Source: Pasteurellaceae bacterium Orientalotternb1 (lineage in GTDB: Bacteria > Pseudomonadota > Gammaproteobacteria > Enterobacterales > Pasteurellaceae). Taken from it: a DNA stretch of 64,000 nucleotides. The notes beneath the pieces were generated by a model, which made no database searches, was not told the DNA's origin, and saw nothing but the letters and a program-made list of their open reading frames with translations. The translations under genes and the position numbers were made by a program. Location: NCBI GenBank assembly GCA_011455275.1, contig CP015028.1:592911-656910 (forward strand), written 5' to 3'. The first letter of the stretch is position 1; every line of letters begins with the position of its first letter. Positions 1 through 9,887 of the stretch are shown piece by piece.

Positions 1-1
1 C

Positions 2-2242
2 TCTTATCAAACCCTGTTGGCATACTTGGTTCGCCGTTTGTTAGAAAACGGGGCGAACAGCTCCTTTGTGAACCAAATTGTCGATGAAAATTTAAGCATT
101 GACGATCTCGCCCAAGATCCTGTGGCGAAAGCGGCACAAACAAACGGCTTGATGCACCCGAAAATTCTATTGCCCGCCAAGCTATTCGGCGAGCAACGGC
201 AAAACTCCAAAGGCTACGATTTAACCGATGCGATCCACTTGCGTGATCTTGAAGAAAAGCTCAACGAACTTGCTAAACAGACCTACCACGCCGAACCGCA
301 GCTTGCAGACGGCACGACAAGCGGTCAGTTCTGCCGCAAAATTTGCAATCCCGCTTATGTGCAAGAGATTGTCGGCAAAGTGACTGATGCCACGGCAGAT
401 GATGTTGCTAAAGCCTTTGATGCAGCTGAAAAATTCCAAATCGAATGGCAAGCCACTTCGCCAGTCGCTCGTGCCGAAATGCTCGAAAAAATGGCTGATC
501 TTATGGAAGAAAATATGCCGCAACTGTTTGATTTAGCGGTGCGTGAAGCGGGTAAAACTCTGAATAATGCGATTGCAGAAGTGCGAGAAGCGGTCGATTT
601 CTGTCGTTATTATGCAAAAGAAGTGCGGTTCAACCCTGAAGGTTACCGCAATCCACGTGGCATTGTGGTGGCAATCAGCCCGTGGAATTTCCCATTGGCG
701 ATTTTCGTGGGTGAAGTTTCATCGGCATTAGTCGCAGGCAATGTGGTGTTGGCAAAACCAGCGGAGCAGACGTCATTGATGGCATATTATGCGGTGAGTT
801 TGTTCCACCAAGCGGGCGTGCCGAAAGCAGCATTGCAGTGTTTGTGCGGTAGCGGCAAAGTGGTTGGGGCGACTTTGGTTGCCGATCCTCGTGTAAACGG
901 CGTGATTTTTACTGGCTCAACCGATACAGCAAAGAACATTAACAGTAATCTACAAAAAAATGAAAAAATTATTCCGCTTGTTGCCGAAACGGGTGGACAG
1001 AATGCGATGATTGTTGACAGTTCCGCCTTGGGCGAGCAAGTGGTTGCCGATGTGCTGAATTCGGCATTCGATTCAGCAGGACAACGCTGTTCCGCCTTGC
1101 GAGTATTGTATGTGCAACGTGATGTTGCCGACCATATTCTGACGATGCTCAAAGGGGCGATGGCAGAATTGAAAGTGGGGCGTCCACAGCAACTCACTAC
1201 CGATGTTGGCCCTGTGATTGACCAAGTGGCACAAAAACGTTTGCTCGATCACATTGAAAATATCAAAAAATCGGCGAAAGATTGCTACCAAGTGGCGATC
1301 GATCCTGAAATCGCCCAAAACGGCATTTTCGTCCCCCCGACTTTGCTTGAAATTGGCCACATCAGTCAGCTCAAACACGAAGTATTCGGACCCGTGTTAC
1401 ACGTGATCCGTTTCGATGTGGAGCAACTGCCGCAAGTAATGGCGGATATCAACTCAACGGGCTTTGGCTTGACCAGTGGCTTGCATAGCCGTATTGATGA
1501 AACCGTCGATTTATGGCTTGACAGCATTCACGCCGGCAACTTGTATGTGAACCGCAACACTGTGGGGGCGGTGGTCGGTGTGCAGCCTTTCGGTGGAATG
1601 GGGTTGTCGGGAACGGGGCCAAAAGCAGGCGGACCGCTTTATCTGCAACGTCTCGTCAACCGCAGCGAATGGACGCTAGAGGGCTTATCAGGCGACGCAA
1701 AAGCTGTGGATACCCGCACACTCAAAGCGGGCATTCAAGCGGTGCTTTCTGGCACAGAATTGCAAGATGCGTTGGATCTCATCACCAGCCTCGTACGTCA
1801 ATCGCCACTTGGCAAAGTGTTCAAAATGCAAGGCATTACGGGTGAAAACAATCTAATGCGATTAGAAGCTCGCCCAGCGATCGCCATCGGCAACGGCTCA
1901 CGTTATCAGCAAATCCAAGCCTTGATCGCCGTGGTGTTGTGTGGTAGCAAAGCGGTAGTACAACGTGAAAGCGAACTTGCCAAACACGCAGCCCAATTTG
2001 ACGGCTTAGTCAGCGTAGCGGACGACTTCAACAAAGTCGAAAAACTCAGCGTAATGATTGTGCTTGATCCGCTTTCTGCAGATCAAAAAGCCCACTATGC
2101 TGAACGTGTAGGGGCAATTTTGACTTATGTTGAAAGTTTGGATTTAGCCTTATCGCTACTGCCACTGGTTCACGAAAAAGCCATCAGTATCAACACTGCA
2201 GCCGCAGGCGGCAACGCAAGTTTGATGAGTGAAATGGATTAA
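2..2242 (+). CDS. putA: Bifunctional proline dehydrogenase / 1-pyrroline-5-carboxylate dehydrogenase, C-terminal part (5'-truncated by window edge)
   Basis: 741-aa ORF whose reading frame runs to the window edge. It has the typical PutA C-terminal aldehyde dehydrogenase domain with the ETGGQN, SAFDSAGQRCSA and PFGGMGLSGTGPKAGG motifs. An inverted USS pair terminator follows. Confidence 0.85.
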   Translation, partial: SYQTLLAYLVRRLLENGANSSFVNQIVDENLSIDDLAQDPVAKAAQTNGLMHPKILLPAKLFGEQRQNSKGYDLTDAIHLRDLEEKLNELAKQTYHAEPQLADGTTSGQFCRKICNPAYVQEIVGKVTDATADDVAKAFDAAEKFQIEWQATSPVARAEMLEKMADLMEENMPQLFDLAVREAGKTLNNAIAEVREAVDFCRYYAKEVRFNPEGYRNPRGIVVAISPWNFPLAIFVGEVSSALVAGNVVLAKPAEQTSLMAYYAVSLFHQAGVPKAALQCLCGSGKVVGATLVADPRVNGVIFTGSTDTAKNINSNLQKNEKIIPLVAETGGQNAMIVDSSALGEQVVADVLNSAFDSAGQRCSALRVLYVQRDVADHILTMLKGAMAELKVGRPQQLTTDVGPVIDQVAQKRLLDHIENIKKSAKDCYQVAIDPEIAQNGIFVPPTLLEIGHISQLKHEVFGPVLHVIRFDVEQLPQVMADINSTGFGLTSGLHSRIDETVDLWLDSIHAGNLYVNRNTVGAVVGVQPFGGMGLSGTGPKAGGPLYLQRLVNRSEWTLEGLSGDAKAVDTRTLKAGIQAVLSGTELQDALDLITSLVRQSPLGKVFKMQGITGENNLMRLEARPAIAIGNGSRYQQIQALIAVVLCGSKAVVQRESELAKHAAQFDGLVSVADDFNKVEKLSVMIVLDPLSADQKAHYAERVGAILTYVESLDLALSLLPLVHEKAISINTAAAGGNASLMSEMD

Positions 2243-2250
2243 GTGGCACA

Positions 2251-2297
2251 ACAAGCGGTTAGATTTTGCAAGTTTTTTGCAAAATGTGACCGCTTGT
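2251..2297. terminator. Inverted USS pair (ACAAGCGGTT ... GACCGCTTGT) forming a long hairpin downstream of putA
   Basis: Reverse-complementary 10-mers flank the palindromic spacer ttttgcaa-gtttt-ttgcaaaa, immediately after the putA stop. Confidence 0.55.
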
Positions 2298-2492
2298 AAC
2301 CACAACATCTTGTGCTTTGTTTGAAAGACAAACACAAGATGTTGCGTTGTGTTCTTCGCAAAAAATATTTTCCTTTAAAATCAAAATATTCTACGAACTA
2401 ATCAGCCCTGCCATTTTGTCAAGACTTGCTCTGTAAAAAAATATGGCTAGAATATGGGGTTATTCTGACAAATTTCTCGTGTAAGGTTCACT

Positions 2493-3470
2493 ATGTCCCG
2501 CAATATTTTCGAAAAACGCATTCAAATTAAGCCTTATGAGTATCCTGAATTGCTTGAGTTTAAAGATGCAATTCGCCATTCTTACTGGTTACATACCGAA
2601 TTCAACTTCACAGGTGATATTCAAGATTATCGAACCAATATCAACGATCACGAACGCCATGTGTTAACCCGCACGATGTTGGCAATTTCGCAAGTGGAAG
2701 TGAATGTGAAGCGTTTCTGGGGTGATTTGTATAAATATTTCCCAAAACCTGAAATTGATGATGTGGGCGGTACATTTGCAGAGTCAGAAGTTCGCCATAA
2801 AGATGCTTACTCATTTCTCCTTGAAAAGTTAGGCTTAAATGAGATGTTCTCGCAGATTAAAGAAATCAAGCCATTGATGAAACGGATTGAATATATGGAA
2901 GATTTTATGCGAGAGAAAGATGAAGGCAAAGGGCAGTTTGTATTGTCGCTAGTGCTTTTCTCGCTTTTCGTTGAGCATATTTCACTGTTTGGACAATTTC
3001 TAGTGATGATGTCGTTTAATAAACATCGCAACTTGTTCAAAGGTATTTCAAATGCGGTGGAAGCAACTTCCAAAGAAGAAGAAATCCACGGGCGTTTTGG
3101 GATTGCGTTATATGAAATTTTGCGTGATGAACATAGCGAATTGTTCACACCAGAATTCTATACAGAGCTGAAAGTGTTAGCTGATCAAGCTCTTGAAGCT
3201 GAACGTGGTATTTTGGATTGGATTTTTGAAGAAGGCGATTTGAGCTTTATTAGCCGTAAAACTGTAGAAAACTATATTATGAGCCGTTATAACAACTCGC
3301 TCACTACATTAGGTTTAGAACCGCCTTACGATATTGATCCAGATCTGTTGAAAGAAACCGAATGGTTTGATATTGAAATTATTTCAACCAAAGAAACGGA
3401 CTTCTTTAACAAGCGTAGTACTGATTACAGTAAAAAAATGAAGCAGATTACTGCTGACGACTTATTCTAA
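2493..3470 (+). CDS. nrdB: Class I ribonucleotide reductase small (radical-generating) subunit
   Basis: Ferritin-like R2 fold. Metal ligands E...EVRH and E...EEEIH are present, and the radical Tyr is at EVRHKDAY (E/H/Y spacing as in E. coli R2 E115/H118/Y122). The stop lies 2 bp before the alpha subunit start. Confidence 0.85.
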   Translation: MSRNIFEKRIQIKPYEYPELLEFKDAIRHSYWLHTEFNFTGDIQDYRTNINDHERHVLTRTMLAISQVEVNVKRFWGDLYKYFPKPEIDDVGGTFAESEVRHKDAYSFLLEKLGLNEMFSQIKEIKPLMKRIEYMEDFMREKDEGKGQFVLSLVLFSLFVEHISLFGQFLVMMSFNKHRNLFKGISNAVEATSKEEEIHGRFGIALYEILRDEHSELFTPEFYTELKVLADQALEAERGILDWIFEEGDLSFISRKTVENYIMSRYNNSLTTLGLEPPYDIDPDLLKETEWFDIEIISTKETDFFNKRSTDYSKKMKQITADDLF

Positions 3471-3472
3471 CT

Positions 3473-5209
3473 TTGACTTACATAGAACCGACACTGCCGA
3501 TGACTTACTCTAACTCTTATTACCAACCCAAGTTATTTGAACTTGGCTACACCGATGAAAAACGTCCTGATTTTGCTTGGCTAAATGACGACAGCAAACT
3601 GTTCTTACAGCGTGGTTACTTACTTGAAGGCACAACAGCATTAGAGCGGATCCGTTTTATTGCCGAACACGCTGAACGTAAACTTGGTATCGAAGGCTAT
3701 GCAGACAAGTTCTATTACTATATGGGACGTGGTTATTTTTCGCTTTCTTCGCCAATTTGGTCAAACTTCGGGTTAGATCGTGGTTTGCCAATTTCATGCT
3801 TTGGGAGTTACATCGGCGATTCCATTCATGAAATTATGGTGACGACGGCAGAAGTCGGTATGATGAGTAAGATTGGTGGTGGTACTTCGGCGTATTTTGG
3901 TGATATTCGCCCACGTGGTTCGGCGATCAAAAATAACGGCAAGTCAGATGGTTCTTTCAACTTTAGTAAACTATTCGATACCGTTATTGATGTGATTTCT
4001 CAAGGTACTTCTCGCAAAGGGCAGTTCGCAGGCTATATTGACATTGAACATGGCGATATTGATGAGTGGTTAGATATTCACACCGAGGGTAACCCAATTC
4101 AGTTGATGTACTACGGCGTATGCGTAGGACACGATTGGTTAGAGTCAATGAAAGCGGGCGACCCCTACAAGCGGCAACTTTGGGCAAAAATTTTGCAACG
4201 CAAAACGGAAACAGGGATTCCATACCTGTTCTTTAAAGACAATGCCAATGCAGGTCGCCCAGATGTTTATAAAGACAAAAATATGACTGTACACGCCTCA
4301 AACTTGTGTACGGAAATTATGTTGCCGTCTAACGAAGACGAAAGTTTTGTGTGCTGTTTATCTTCAATGAACTTGCTCTATTTTGATGAGTGGAAAGATA
4401 CCGATGCACCTGAAGTGTTAACTTACTTCTTAGATGTGGTGATGTCGGAATTTATTGAAAAAAGTGCTGAAATTCCATTCTTGGATCGGGCAAATCGCTT
4501 TGCGGTTCGTCATCGTGCATTAGGTTTAGGTGTGTTGGGTTGGCACAGCTATTTACAGGCGAATAACATTGCTTTTGATAGCTTTGAAGCGATGCAGAAG
4601 AACAATCTGATTTTCAAAACGTTACAAGAAAAAACTTTGAAAGCTTCGCAAGAGCTAGCCCAACGTTTTGGAGAGCCTGAATTGTTGAAAGGTTACGGTC
4701 GTCGTAATACCACTTTAATGAGTATCGCACCGACTAAATCCAGTAGTTTTATTTTAGGTAGCGTATCGCCATCGGTAGAGCCATTTAAATCGAATTACTA
4801 TGTCAAAGATTTAGCGAAGATCAAAACTGTTTATAAAAACCCATTCTTGGAAAAATTACTTCAAGAAAAAGGCTTAGATACAGAAGAAATTTGGGAAAGT
4901 ATTTTGCTGAGTGATGGTTCTGTCCAGCACTTAAAACAACTAACAGACCACGAAAAAGAAGTGTTCAAAACCTTCTCTGAAATCAGCCAGTTAAGTGTGA
5001 TCCAACAAGCGGCACAACGTCAAAAATACATTGACCAAGGGCAAAGTATCAACATTATGGTGCACCCGGCAACGCCAGCACGTGATTTAAACCAACTTTA
5101 TCTCACGGCGGAAGAGCTAGGTATTAAATCAATTTATTACCAATATTCAATGAGTGCCGCACAGGTATTTAACCGTAACTTGTTAAGCTGTAGTAGTTGT
5201 GAAGGCTAA
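3473..5209 (+). CDS. nrdA: Class I ribonucleotide reductase catalytic subunit, short form without N-terminal ATP cone
   Basis: 578 aa with the catalytic SNLCTEI motif and a C-terminal CSSCEG redox cysteine pair. There is no ATP-cone (VxKRDG) region. Confidence 0.85.
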   Translation: MTYIEPTLPMTYSNSYYQPKLFELGYTDEKRPDFAWLNDDSKLFLQRGYLLEGTTALERIRFIAEHAERKLGIEGYADKFYYYMGRGYFSLSSPIWSNFGLDRGLPISCFGSYIGDSIHEIMVTTAEVGMMSKIGGGTSAYFGDIRPRGSAIKNNGKSDGSFNFSKLFDTVIDVISQGTSRKGQFAGYIDIEHGDIDEWLDIHTEGNPIQLMYYGVCVGHDWLESMKAGDPYKRQLWAKILQRKTETGIPYLFFKDNANAGRPDVYKDKNMTVHASNLCTEIMLPSNEDESFVCCLSSMNLLYFDEWKDTDAPEVLTYFLDVVMSEFIEKSAEIPFLDRANRFAVRHRALGLGVLGWHSYLQANNIAFDSFEAMQKNNLIFKTLQEKTLKASQELAQRFGEPELLKGYGRRNTTLMSIAPTKSSSFILGSVSPSVEPFKSNYYVKDLAKIKTVYKNPFLEKLLQEKGLDTEEIWESILLSDGSVQHLKQLTDHEKEVFKTFSEISQLSVIQQAAQRQKYIDQGQSINIMVHPATPARDLNQLYLTAEELGIKSIYYQYSMSAAQVFNRNLLSCSSCEG

Positions 5210-5217
5210 GAGATAAC

Positions 5218-5249
5218 TAAAAAGCCATCGTTTTAAACGATGGCTTTTT
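5218..5249. terminator. Bidirectional rho-independent terminator between convergent nrdA and fabH
   Basis: aaaagccatcgtttt-aaa-acgatggcttttt: a perfect 12-bp stem with A/T runs on both sides. Confidence 0.6.
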
Positions 5250-5255
5250 GCTTTA

Positions 5256-6206
5256 TTAGAATCTAACTAATGCTGAACCCCAAGTCCAGCCGCCGCCGAA
5301 GGCTTCCAGTAGCAGTAGCTGACCACGTTGAATGCGTCCATCACGCACAGCTTCATCTAATGCAACAGGAATAGTCGCAGCACTCGTGTTGCCGTAGCGA
5401 TCAAGCGTAATCACTACTTGAGATAAATCCATTTCTAGTTTATCGGCAGTGGCGGTGATAATGCGTAAATTTGCTTGATGTGGCACAAGCCAATCAATCG
5501 CCGACTTATCTAATTGATTTTCCGATAAAGTTTCTTCCACAACATTGGCTAATTCACGCACTGCCAGTTTGAACGTTGCATTGCCTTGCATTTCAATGTA
5601 GCCTGACTTTTCCACGCCACGTTTTTCATTGGTGAGCAACAACCCATTGGTTTTATCTGGTGAAGAGTGTAAATGGGTGGAGATCACACCTTGTTCTTCG
5701 CTGGCTTCTAAAATGACCGCTCCAGCTCCGTCACCGAATAGCACCACGGTGCTTCGGTCAGTTTCATCTAATTTACGAGAGTTCAAATCTGAACCAATCA
5801 CTAACGCCTTTTTCACTTTACCTGAACGAATAAATTGATCGGCAACGCTTAACGCATAGACAAATCCTGTGCAAGCGGCGGCAACATCAAACGCGATGGC
5901 ATCTTCAATACCGAGCAATCCTTGCACTTGGCAGGCGGCACTTGGATAGGCGTGAGAATTGCTGGTGGTGCCGACAATCACTAAGTCGATAGATTGCGGA
6001 TCGCAAGCGGTCTGTTCAAAGCATTTTTTTGCCGCTTCAAAACCCATTGTTGCCACCGTCTCATCAGCTGCCGCTATACGGCGTTCCCTAATGCCAGAAC
6101 GCGTCACAATCCATTCATCGGAAGTATCTACCATTTTTTCAAGATCCGCATTAGTACGGATTTGCGATGGCATATAACTTCCCGTCGCTAAAATTTTACT
6201 GTACAT
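5256..6206 (-). CDS. fabH: 3-oxoacyl-ACP synthase III
   Basis: 316 aa. [14 protein letters not shown]-terminus, active-site Cys region (AAACTGF), His/Asn motifs, and GFGGG at the C-terminus. Confidence 0.9.
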   Translation of the reverse strand: MYSKILATGSYMPSQIRTNADLEKMVDTSDEWIVTRSGIRERRIAAADETVATMGFEAAKKCFEQTACDPQSIDLVIVGTTSNSHAYPSAACQVQGLLGIEDAIAFDVAAACTGFVYALSVADQFIRSGKVKKALVIGSDLNSRKLDETDRSTVVLFGDGAGAVILEASEEQGVISTHLHSSPDKTNGLLLTNEKRGVEKSGYIEMQGNATFKLAVRELANVVEETLSENQLDKSAIDWLVPHQANLRIITATADKLEMDLSQVVITLDRYGNTSAATIPVALDEAVRDGRIQRGQLLLLEAFGGGWTWGSALVRF

Positions 6207-6311
6207 AATTTATTCTCAATAATTTTCATTGGGGCGTATTATAACGCAAAAGCAAGCTATTGCGAAAAGCAAGGCAAGATTTGCAAAAAATTTGGCGGAA
6301 CTGACCGCTTG

Positions 6312-7337
6312 TTATTCCAACTTTTCCAATCCCCGAGAAATCCGCTCGGGGATTTTATTTTCAATTTGGGAAATGGCGTGGTCGATGGCGTAGAAAAAGG
6401 CGTTGCTACTTGCACCGCCGTGGCTTTTTACTACGACGGACGATAAACCGAGCAAGGTCGCACCGTTATGGCGGTCGGGGTTGATTTGCTGTAATTTGCG
6501 GTAGTAGCGGTAGAAAATCGCTCGCAATAATAACCGTTTGGTTTGGCGACAGAGGTTCGATTCTTCCGTTGGCTTTTTGAAAAACGACAAGATATTTTTC
6601 GCTGCACCTTCCATCGTTTTTAAGGCGATATTACCACTAAAGCCATCGCAGATAATCACATCGGCGATGCCATTCATCAGTTTATCCCCTTCAATAAAGC
6701 CTTGATAATTCAAATGGTTAGCTAATTTGAGTTGTTGGTGAGCTTCCCGAATTTGCGGGCTACCTTTATTTTCTTCTGTGCCGATATTGAGTAGCGATAA
6801 GCGGGGGAAAACCAAATCCAACATCACTTGGGCGAAAATGTTGCCCATTTCAGCAAATTGGCAAAGCAACGTGCTGTCGGCTTCGACATTTGCCCCTAAA
6901 TCCAACATTACGCTCGATTTGCCGTCCATTGTTGGGATCAACGAAGTCAATGCAGGGCGATCGATATTGGGTAACGGCTCAATCAACTGCTTCGCCAAGC
7001 CCATCAGTAAACCTGTGTTACCACCGCTTACGCAGCCTTGAGCTTCGCCGTTTGCAACCGCTTCAATCGCTAAACGCATTGAGGTACCTTTGCTTTGACG
7101 GATCGCTTGCAGGAAAGGCAAATCGCTGTTGAGCGTTTTTTCGGTGTGAATGAGTTGAAAACGGGATTGCAGTTTGCTATCCAAGCGGTCGGTTTGTGGG
7201 GAAATTTCAGCTTGATTGCCGAATAAAAGAAAATGCAGCCTTGGATTTTGTTCCAATGCCCTTTGTGCAGCGGGGATAGTAATACGGGGACCAAAGTCCC
7301 CGCCCATCACATCTAACGCAATGGTTAGACTGGTCAA
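6312..7337 (-). CDS. plsX: Phosphate acyltransferase PlsX
   Basis: 341 aa with LTIALDVMGGDFGP N-terminus. Canonical position between rpmF and fabH. Confidence 0.9.
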   Translation of the reverse strand: MTSLTIALDVMGGDFGPRITIPAAQRALEQNPRLHFLLFGNQAEISPQTDRLDSKLQSRFQLIHTEKTLNSDLPFLQAIRQSKGTSMRLAIEAVANGEAQGCVSGGNTGLLMGLAKQLIEPLPNIDRPALTSLIPTMDGKSSVMLDLGANVEADSTLLCQFAEMGNIFAQVMLDLVFPRLSLLNIGTEENKGSPQIREAHQQLKLANHLNYQGFIEGDKLMNGIADVIICDGFSGNIALKTMEGAAKNILSFFKKPTEESNLCRQTKRLLLRAIFYRYYRKLQQINPDRHNGATLLGLSSVVVKSHGGASSNAFFYAIDHAISQIENKIPERISRGLEKLE

Positions 7338-7362
7338 ATTATGCCTCGAGAGATAATTTGAA

Positions 7363-7533
7363 TTATTTGTTGATCACTTTACGACCACGATAGTAACCGT
7401 CAGCAGTAACGTGGTGACGTAAGTGAGTTTCACCAGTTACTTTATCTACTGATACTGCCGCAGTAGTTAATGCATCGTGTGAACGACGCATATCACGACG
7501 TGAACGAGATTTTTTATTTTGTTGAACAGCCAC
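7363..7533 (-). CDS. rpmF: 50S ribosomal protein L32 (GTG start)
   Basis: Hand translation of the minus strand gives [56 protein letters not shown] (56 aa). It is not in the ORF track because of the GTG start. Located between plsX and yceD. Confidence 0.85.
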   Translation of the reverse strand: MAVQQNKKSRSRRDMRRSHDALTTAAVSVDKVTGETHLRHHVTADGYYRGRKVINK

Positions 7534-7549
7534 GGGCTTTCTCCTAGAT

Positions 7550-8074
7550 CTAGTTTTTCTTTAAATTAGCTAATACGGCGAACGGATTCGGTTTGCTTGC
7601 CAGTTCTTCAGGCAATTCACCAAACACCTGTTCTGCCACGGACACTTCACAGTGTTCAGAGTTATGCATTGGCACAAGTGGCAGAGAGAGAATAAATTCA
7701 TCTTCGATCAAATCCACAATATTCACTTCACCAAACTCATTGAGTTCAATTGGCTCATAAATTTCGGGTAAATCGTCCGCTTGTTCCAGATTTTTCACAG
7801 GACTGAAAAGAAATTCGCAGTCGAGTGTTTGCGAAAATGGGTTACTACAACGTTGGCATTCGAGTTCCACTTCAACTTGTGCCGCACCTTTAATCACGGT
7901 GAGTTTCTGCGGGTCAACATACAACGAAAGCGTAACTTGTGCATCGCTTAGCACATTGCTCACTGATTCAGCTAAACGGCTAAGTAGGTTACTTGGCAGG
8001 TAACCTGCATAATCCATTCGACGTTGTGCGTCTTTATGTGGATCGAGTGTGAGCGGGAGTTTTACTTTTTGCAT
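7550..8074 (-). CDS. yceD: DUF177 protein YceD (23S rRNA accumulation protein)
   Basis: 174 aa with the CxxC...CQRC cysteine pattern and an acidic C-terminal half. Conserved position upstream of rpmF. Confidence 0.85.
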   Translation of the reverse strand: MQKVKLPLTLDPHKDAQRRMDYAGYLPSNLLSRLAESVSNVLSDAQVTLSLYVDPQKLTVIKGAAQVEVELECQRCSNPFSQTLDCEFLFSPVKNLEQADDLPEIYEPIELNEFGEVNIVDLIEDEFILSLPLVPMHNSEHCEVSVAEQVFGELPEELASKPNPFAVLANLKKN

Positions 8075-8281
8075 AGGGTGCGAATATTACCGATTGCAAG
8101 TAAAATAGTCAAAGGGAAAATCGGGATTTGCAAAATTTTCATCGAAACTGACCGCTTGTAAACCGACGTAATTGCTACCATAGGCAGAAACATTGATTTT
8201 GCTGATTTAAACGGTACTAATTCTGCGATGATTTGTTACAATGCGAGCAATTTTTTCTATTTAGACAGACAGGAGATGTAG

Positions 8282-9106
8282 ATGTCATTACAACAAATTA
8301 TCGAAGCAGCGTTTGAACGCCGTGCAGAAATCACCCCAAACAGCGTAGATGCGGAAACCAAAGCGGCAGTGCTTGAAGTGCTAGAAGGCTTAGACAGCGG
8401 CAAATACCGTGTAGCAGAAAAAATTGACGGCGAATGGGTGACACACCAATGGTTGAAAAAAGCGGTATTGCTTTCATTCCGCATCAACGACAACCAAATT
8501 ATTGACGGAGCGGAAACCAAATACTACGACAAAGTGCCACTTAAATTTGCTGACTATACCGAAGAGCGTTTCCAACAAGAAGGCTTCCGTGTGGTGCCAT
8601 CAGCAACCGTGCGTAAAGGGGCTTACATTGCGAAAAACACCGTGTTAATGCCATCTTATGTGAACATCGGGGCTTACGTGGGTGAAGGTACAATGGTGGA
8701 CACTTGGGCGACTGTGGGGTCTTGTGCTCAAATCGGGAAAAACGTTCACCTTTCAGGCGGTGTGGGCATTGGCGGCGTGCTAGAGCCATTGCAAGCGAAT
8801 CCAACTATTATCGGTGATAACTGCTTTATTGGGGCTCGTTCTGAAATTGTGGAAGGCGTGATCGTAGAAGACGGCTGTGTGATCTCAATGGGCGTATTCA
8901 TTGGTCAATCCACCAAAATTTACGATCGTGAAACAGGCGAAATCCACTACGGTCGTGTGCCAGCAGGTTCGGTGGTAGTTTCAGGCAGCTTGCCATCAAA
9001 ATGCGGCAAATATAACCTTTACTGTGCGGTGATCGTGAAGAAAGTGGACGAAAAAACCCGTGGTAAAGTGGGAATTAACGAGTTACTGCGTTCAATTGAA
9101 GAATAG
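8282..9106 (+). CDS. dapD: 2,3,4,5-tetrahydropyridine-2,6-dicarboxylate N-succinyltransferase
   Basis: 274 aa. Left-handed beta-helix hexapeptide repeats and the [20 protein letters not shown]-terminus typical of DapD. Confidence 0.9.
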   Translation: MSLQQIIEAAFERRAEITPNSVDAETKAAVLEVLEGLDSGKYRVAEKIDGEWVTHQWLKKAVLLSFRINDNQIIDGAETKYYDKVPLKFADYTEERFQQEGFRVVPSATVRKGAYIAKNTVLMPSYVNIGAYVGEGTMVDTWATVGSCAQIGKNVHLSGGVGIGGVLEPLQANPTIIGDNCFIGARSEIVEGVIVEDGCVISMGVFIGQSTKIYDRETGEIHYGRVPAGSVVVSGSLPSKCGKYNLYCAVIVKKVDEKTRGKVGINELLRSIEE

Positions 9107-9139
9107 TAAGCAGTAAAAAATCCACACTGAAGAAAAGTA

Positions 9140-9196
9140 ATCTGCACCCCAGAAGTTGGACTAAACAACCAACAGATTAAGGTGCAGATTTTTTAT
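9140..9196 (+). terminator. Probable terminator after dapD (stem atctgcacc/ggtgcagat plus T-run; structured 32-nt loop)
   Basis: A 9-bp inverted repeat followed by tttttta. The long loop contains its own sub-hairpin (gttgg/ccaac). Confidence 0.4.
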
Positions 9197-9207
9197 TTCA
9201 GGAAATG

Positions 9208-9306
9208 CTATTTCTTAGGTGGATTATTACCACGAGCTGGACCTGAAGGATTACCTGTTTTTGAAGGCCAGTTTGGATTTTGCTGACCTGTTCTATTTTC
9301 AGCCAT
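9208..9306 (-). CDS. Hypothetical 32-aa N/P/G/K-rich small protein (MAENRTGQQNPNWPSKTGNPSGPARGNNPPKK)
   Basis: Hand-translated minus-strand ORF with a strong AGGAG RBS 7 nt upstream of ATG. It is divergent from the XRE regulator. Low complexity, so the call is speculative. Confidence 0.25.
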   Translation of the reverse strand: MAENRTGQQNPNWPSKTGNPSGPARGNNPPKK

Positions 9307-9463
9307 ATAAATACTCCTAATAATGTTTACTAATTCCAATCTCTAGATATTTAGAGATTGTAAAACCATAAATGAATGATTTAAGTTAATTTTATTCTTT
9401 TATGTTGCTTCTTGCAAGTATGAAAATCACAAAAAATATGCCTTTATTGAATGATTTAGAGCA

Positions 9464-9811
9464 TTGCATATTATGGCAAAATTTACGCCAACAGATATTG
9501 ATAGGCTCATTGGGCAGAGAATCCAACAAAAGCGGCGTGAAAAAGGCTATTCTGCTGAAAGACTTTCGGAATATGTGGATATTTCACAGCCACAACTTTC
9601 ACGTTATGAGCGGGGAACAAATAAAATCAATGTAGCCCATTTAGTTGCTATCGCTACCTTTTTAAAAACGCCGATTAGCTACTTTTTTGCTGATTGTATG
9701 GAAGGAGCTGAATGGAATAATGATGAGTTAGATCGACATTGGCAAGAGCTTAGCTATTCGCAGAAGAGTTTGTTGGTGGAGTTTATTAACGAAATTCGTA
9801 AAGTTAAATAA
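9464..9811 (+). CDS. XRE/Cro-C1 family helix-turn-helix transcriptional regulator
   Basis: 115 aa with HTH signature QRIQQKRREKGYSAERLSEYVDISQPQLSRYERG. The start could alternatively be the ATG at 9473. Confidence 0.7.
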   Translation: MHIMAKFTPTDIDRLIGQRIQQKRREKGYSAERLSEYVDISQPQLSRYERGTNKINVAHLVAIATFLKTPISYFFADCMEGAEWNNDELDRHWQELSYSQKSLLVEFINEIRKVK

Positions 9812-9887
9812 CATGCGGTCAGATCCATTGAATTTTTTGCAAATAAGTTGCAAAATTTTTGCCGAGTCTGACCGCTTGTTTTATGGG

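Noticed and set aside
9402-9635. 77-aa ORF overlapping the start of the XRE regulator gene in another frame
   Set aside because: It overlaps the better-supported HTH regulator, lies in an AT-rich region, and has no RBS or recognisable domain.
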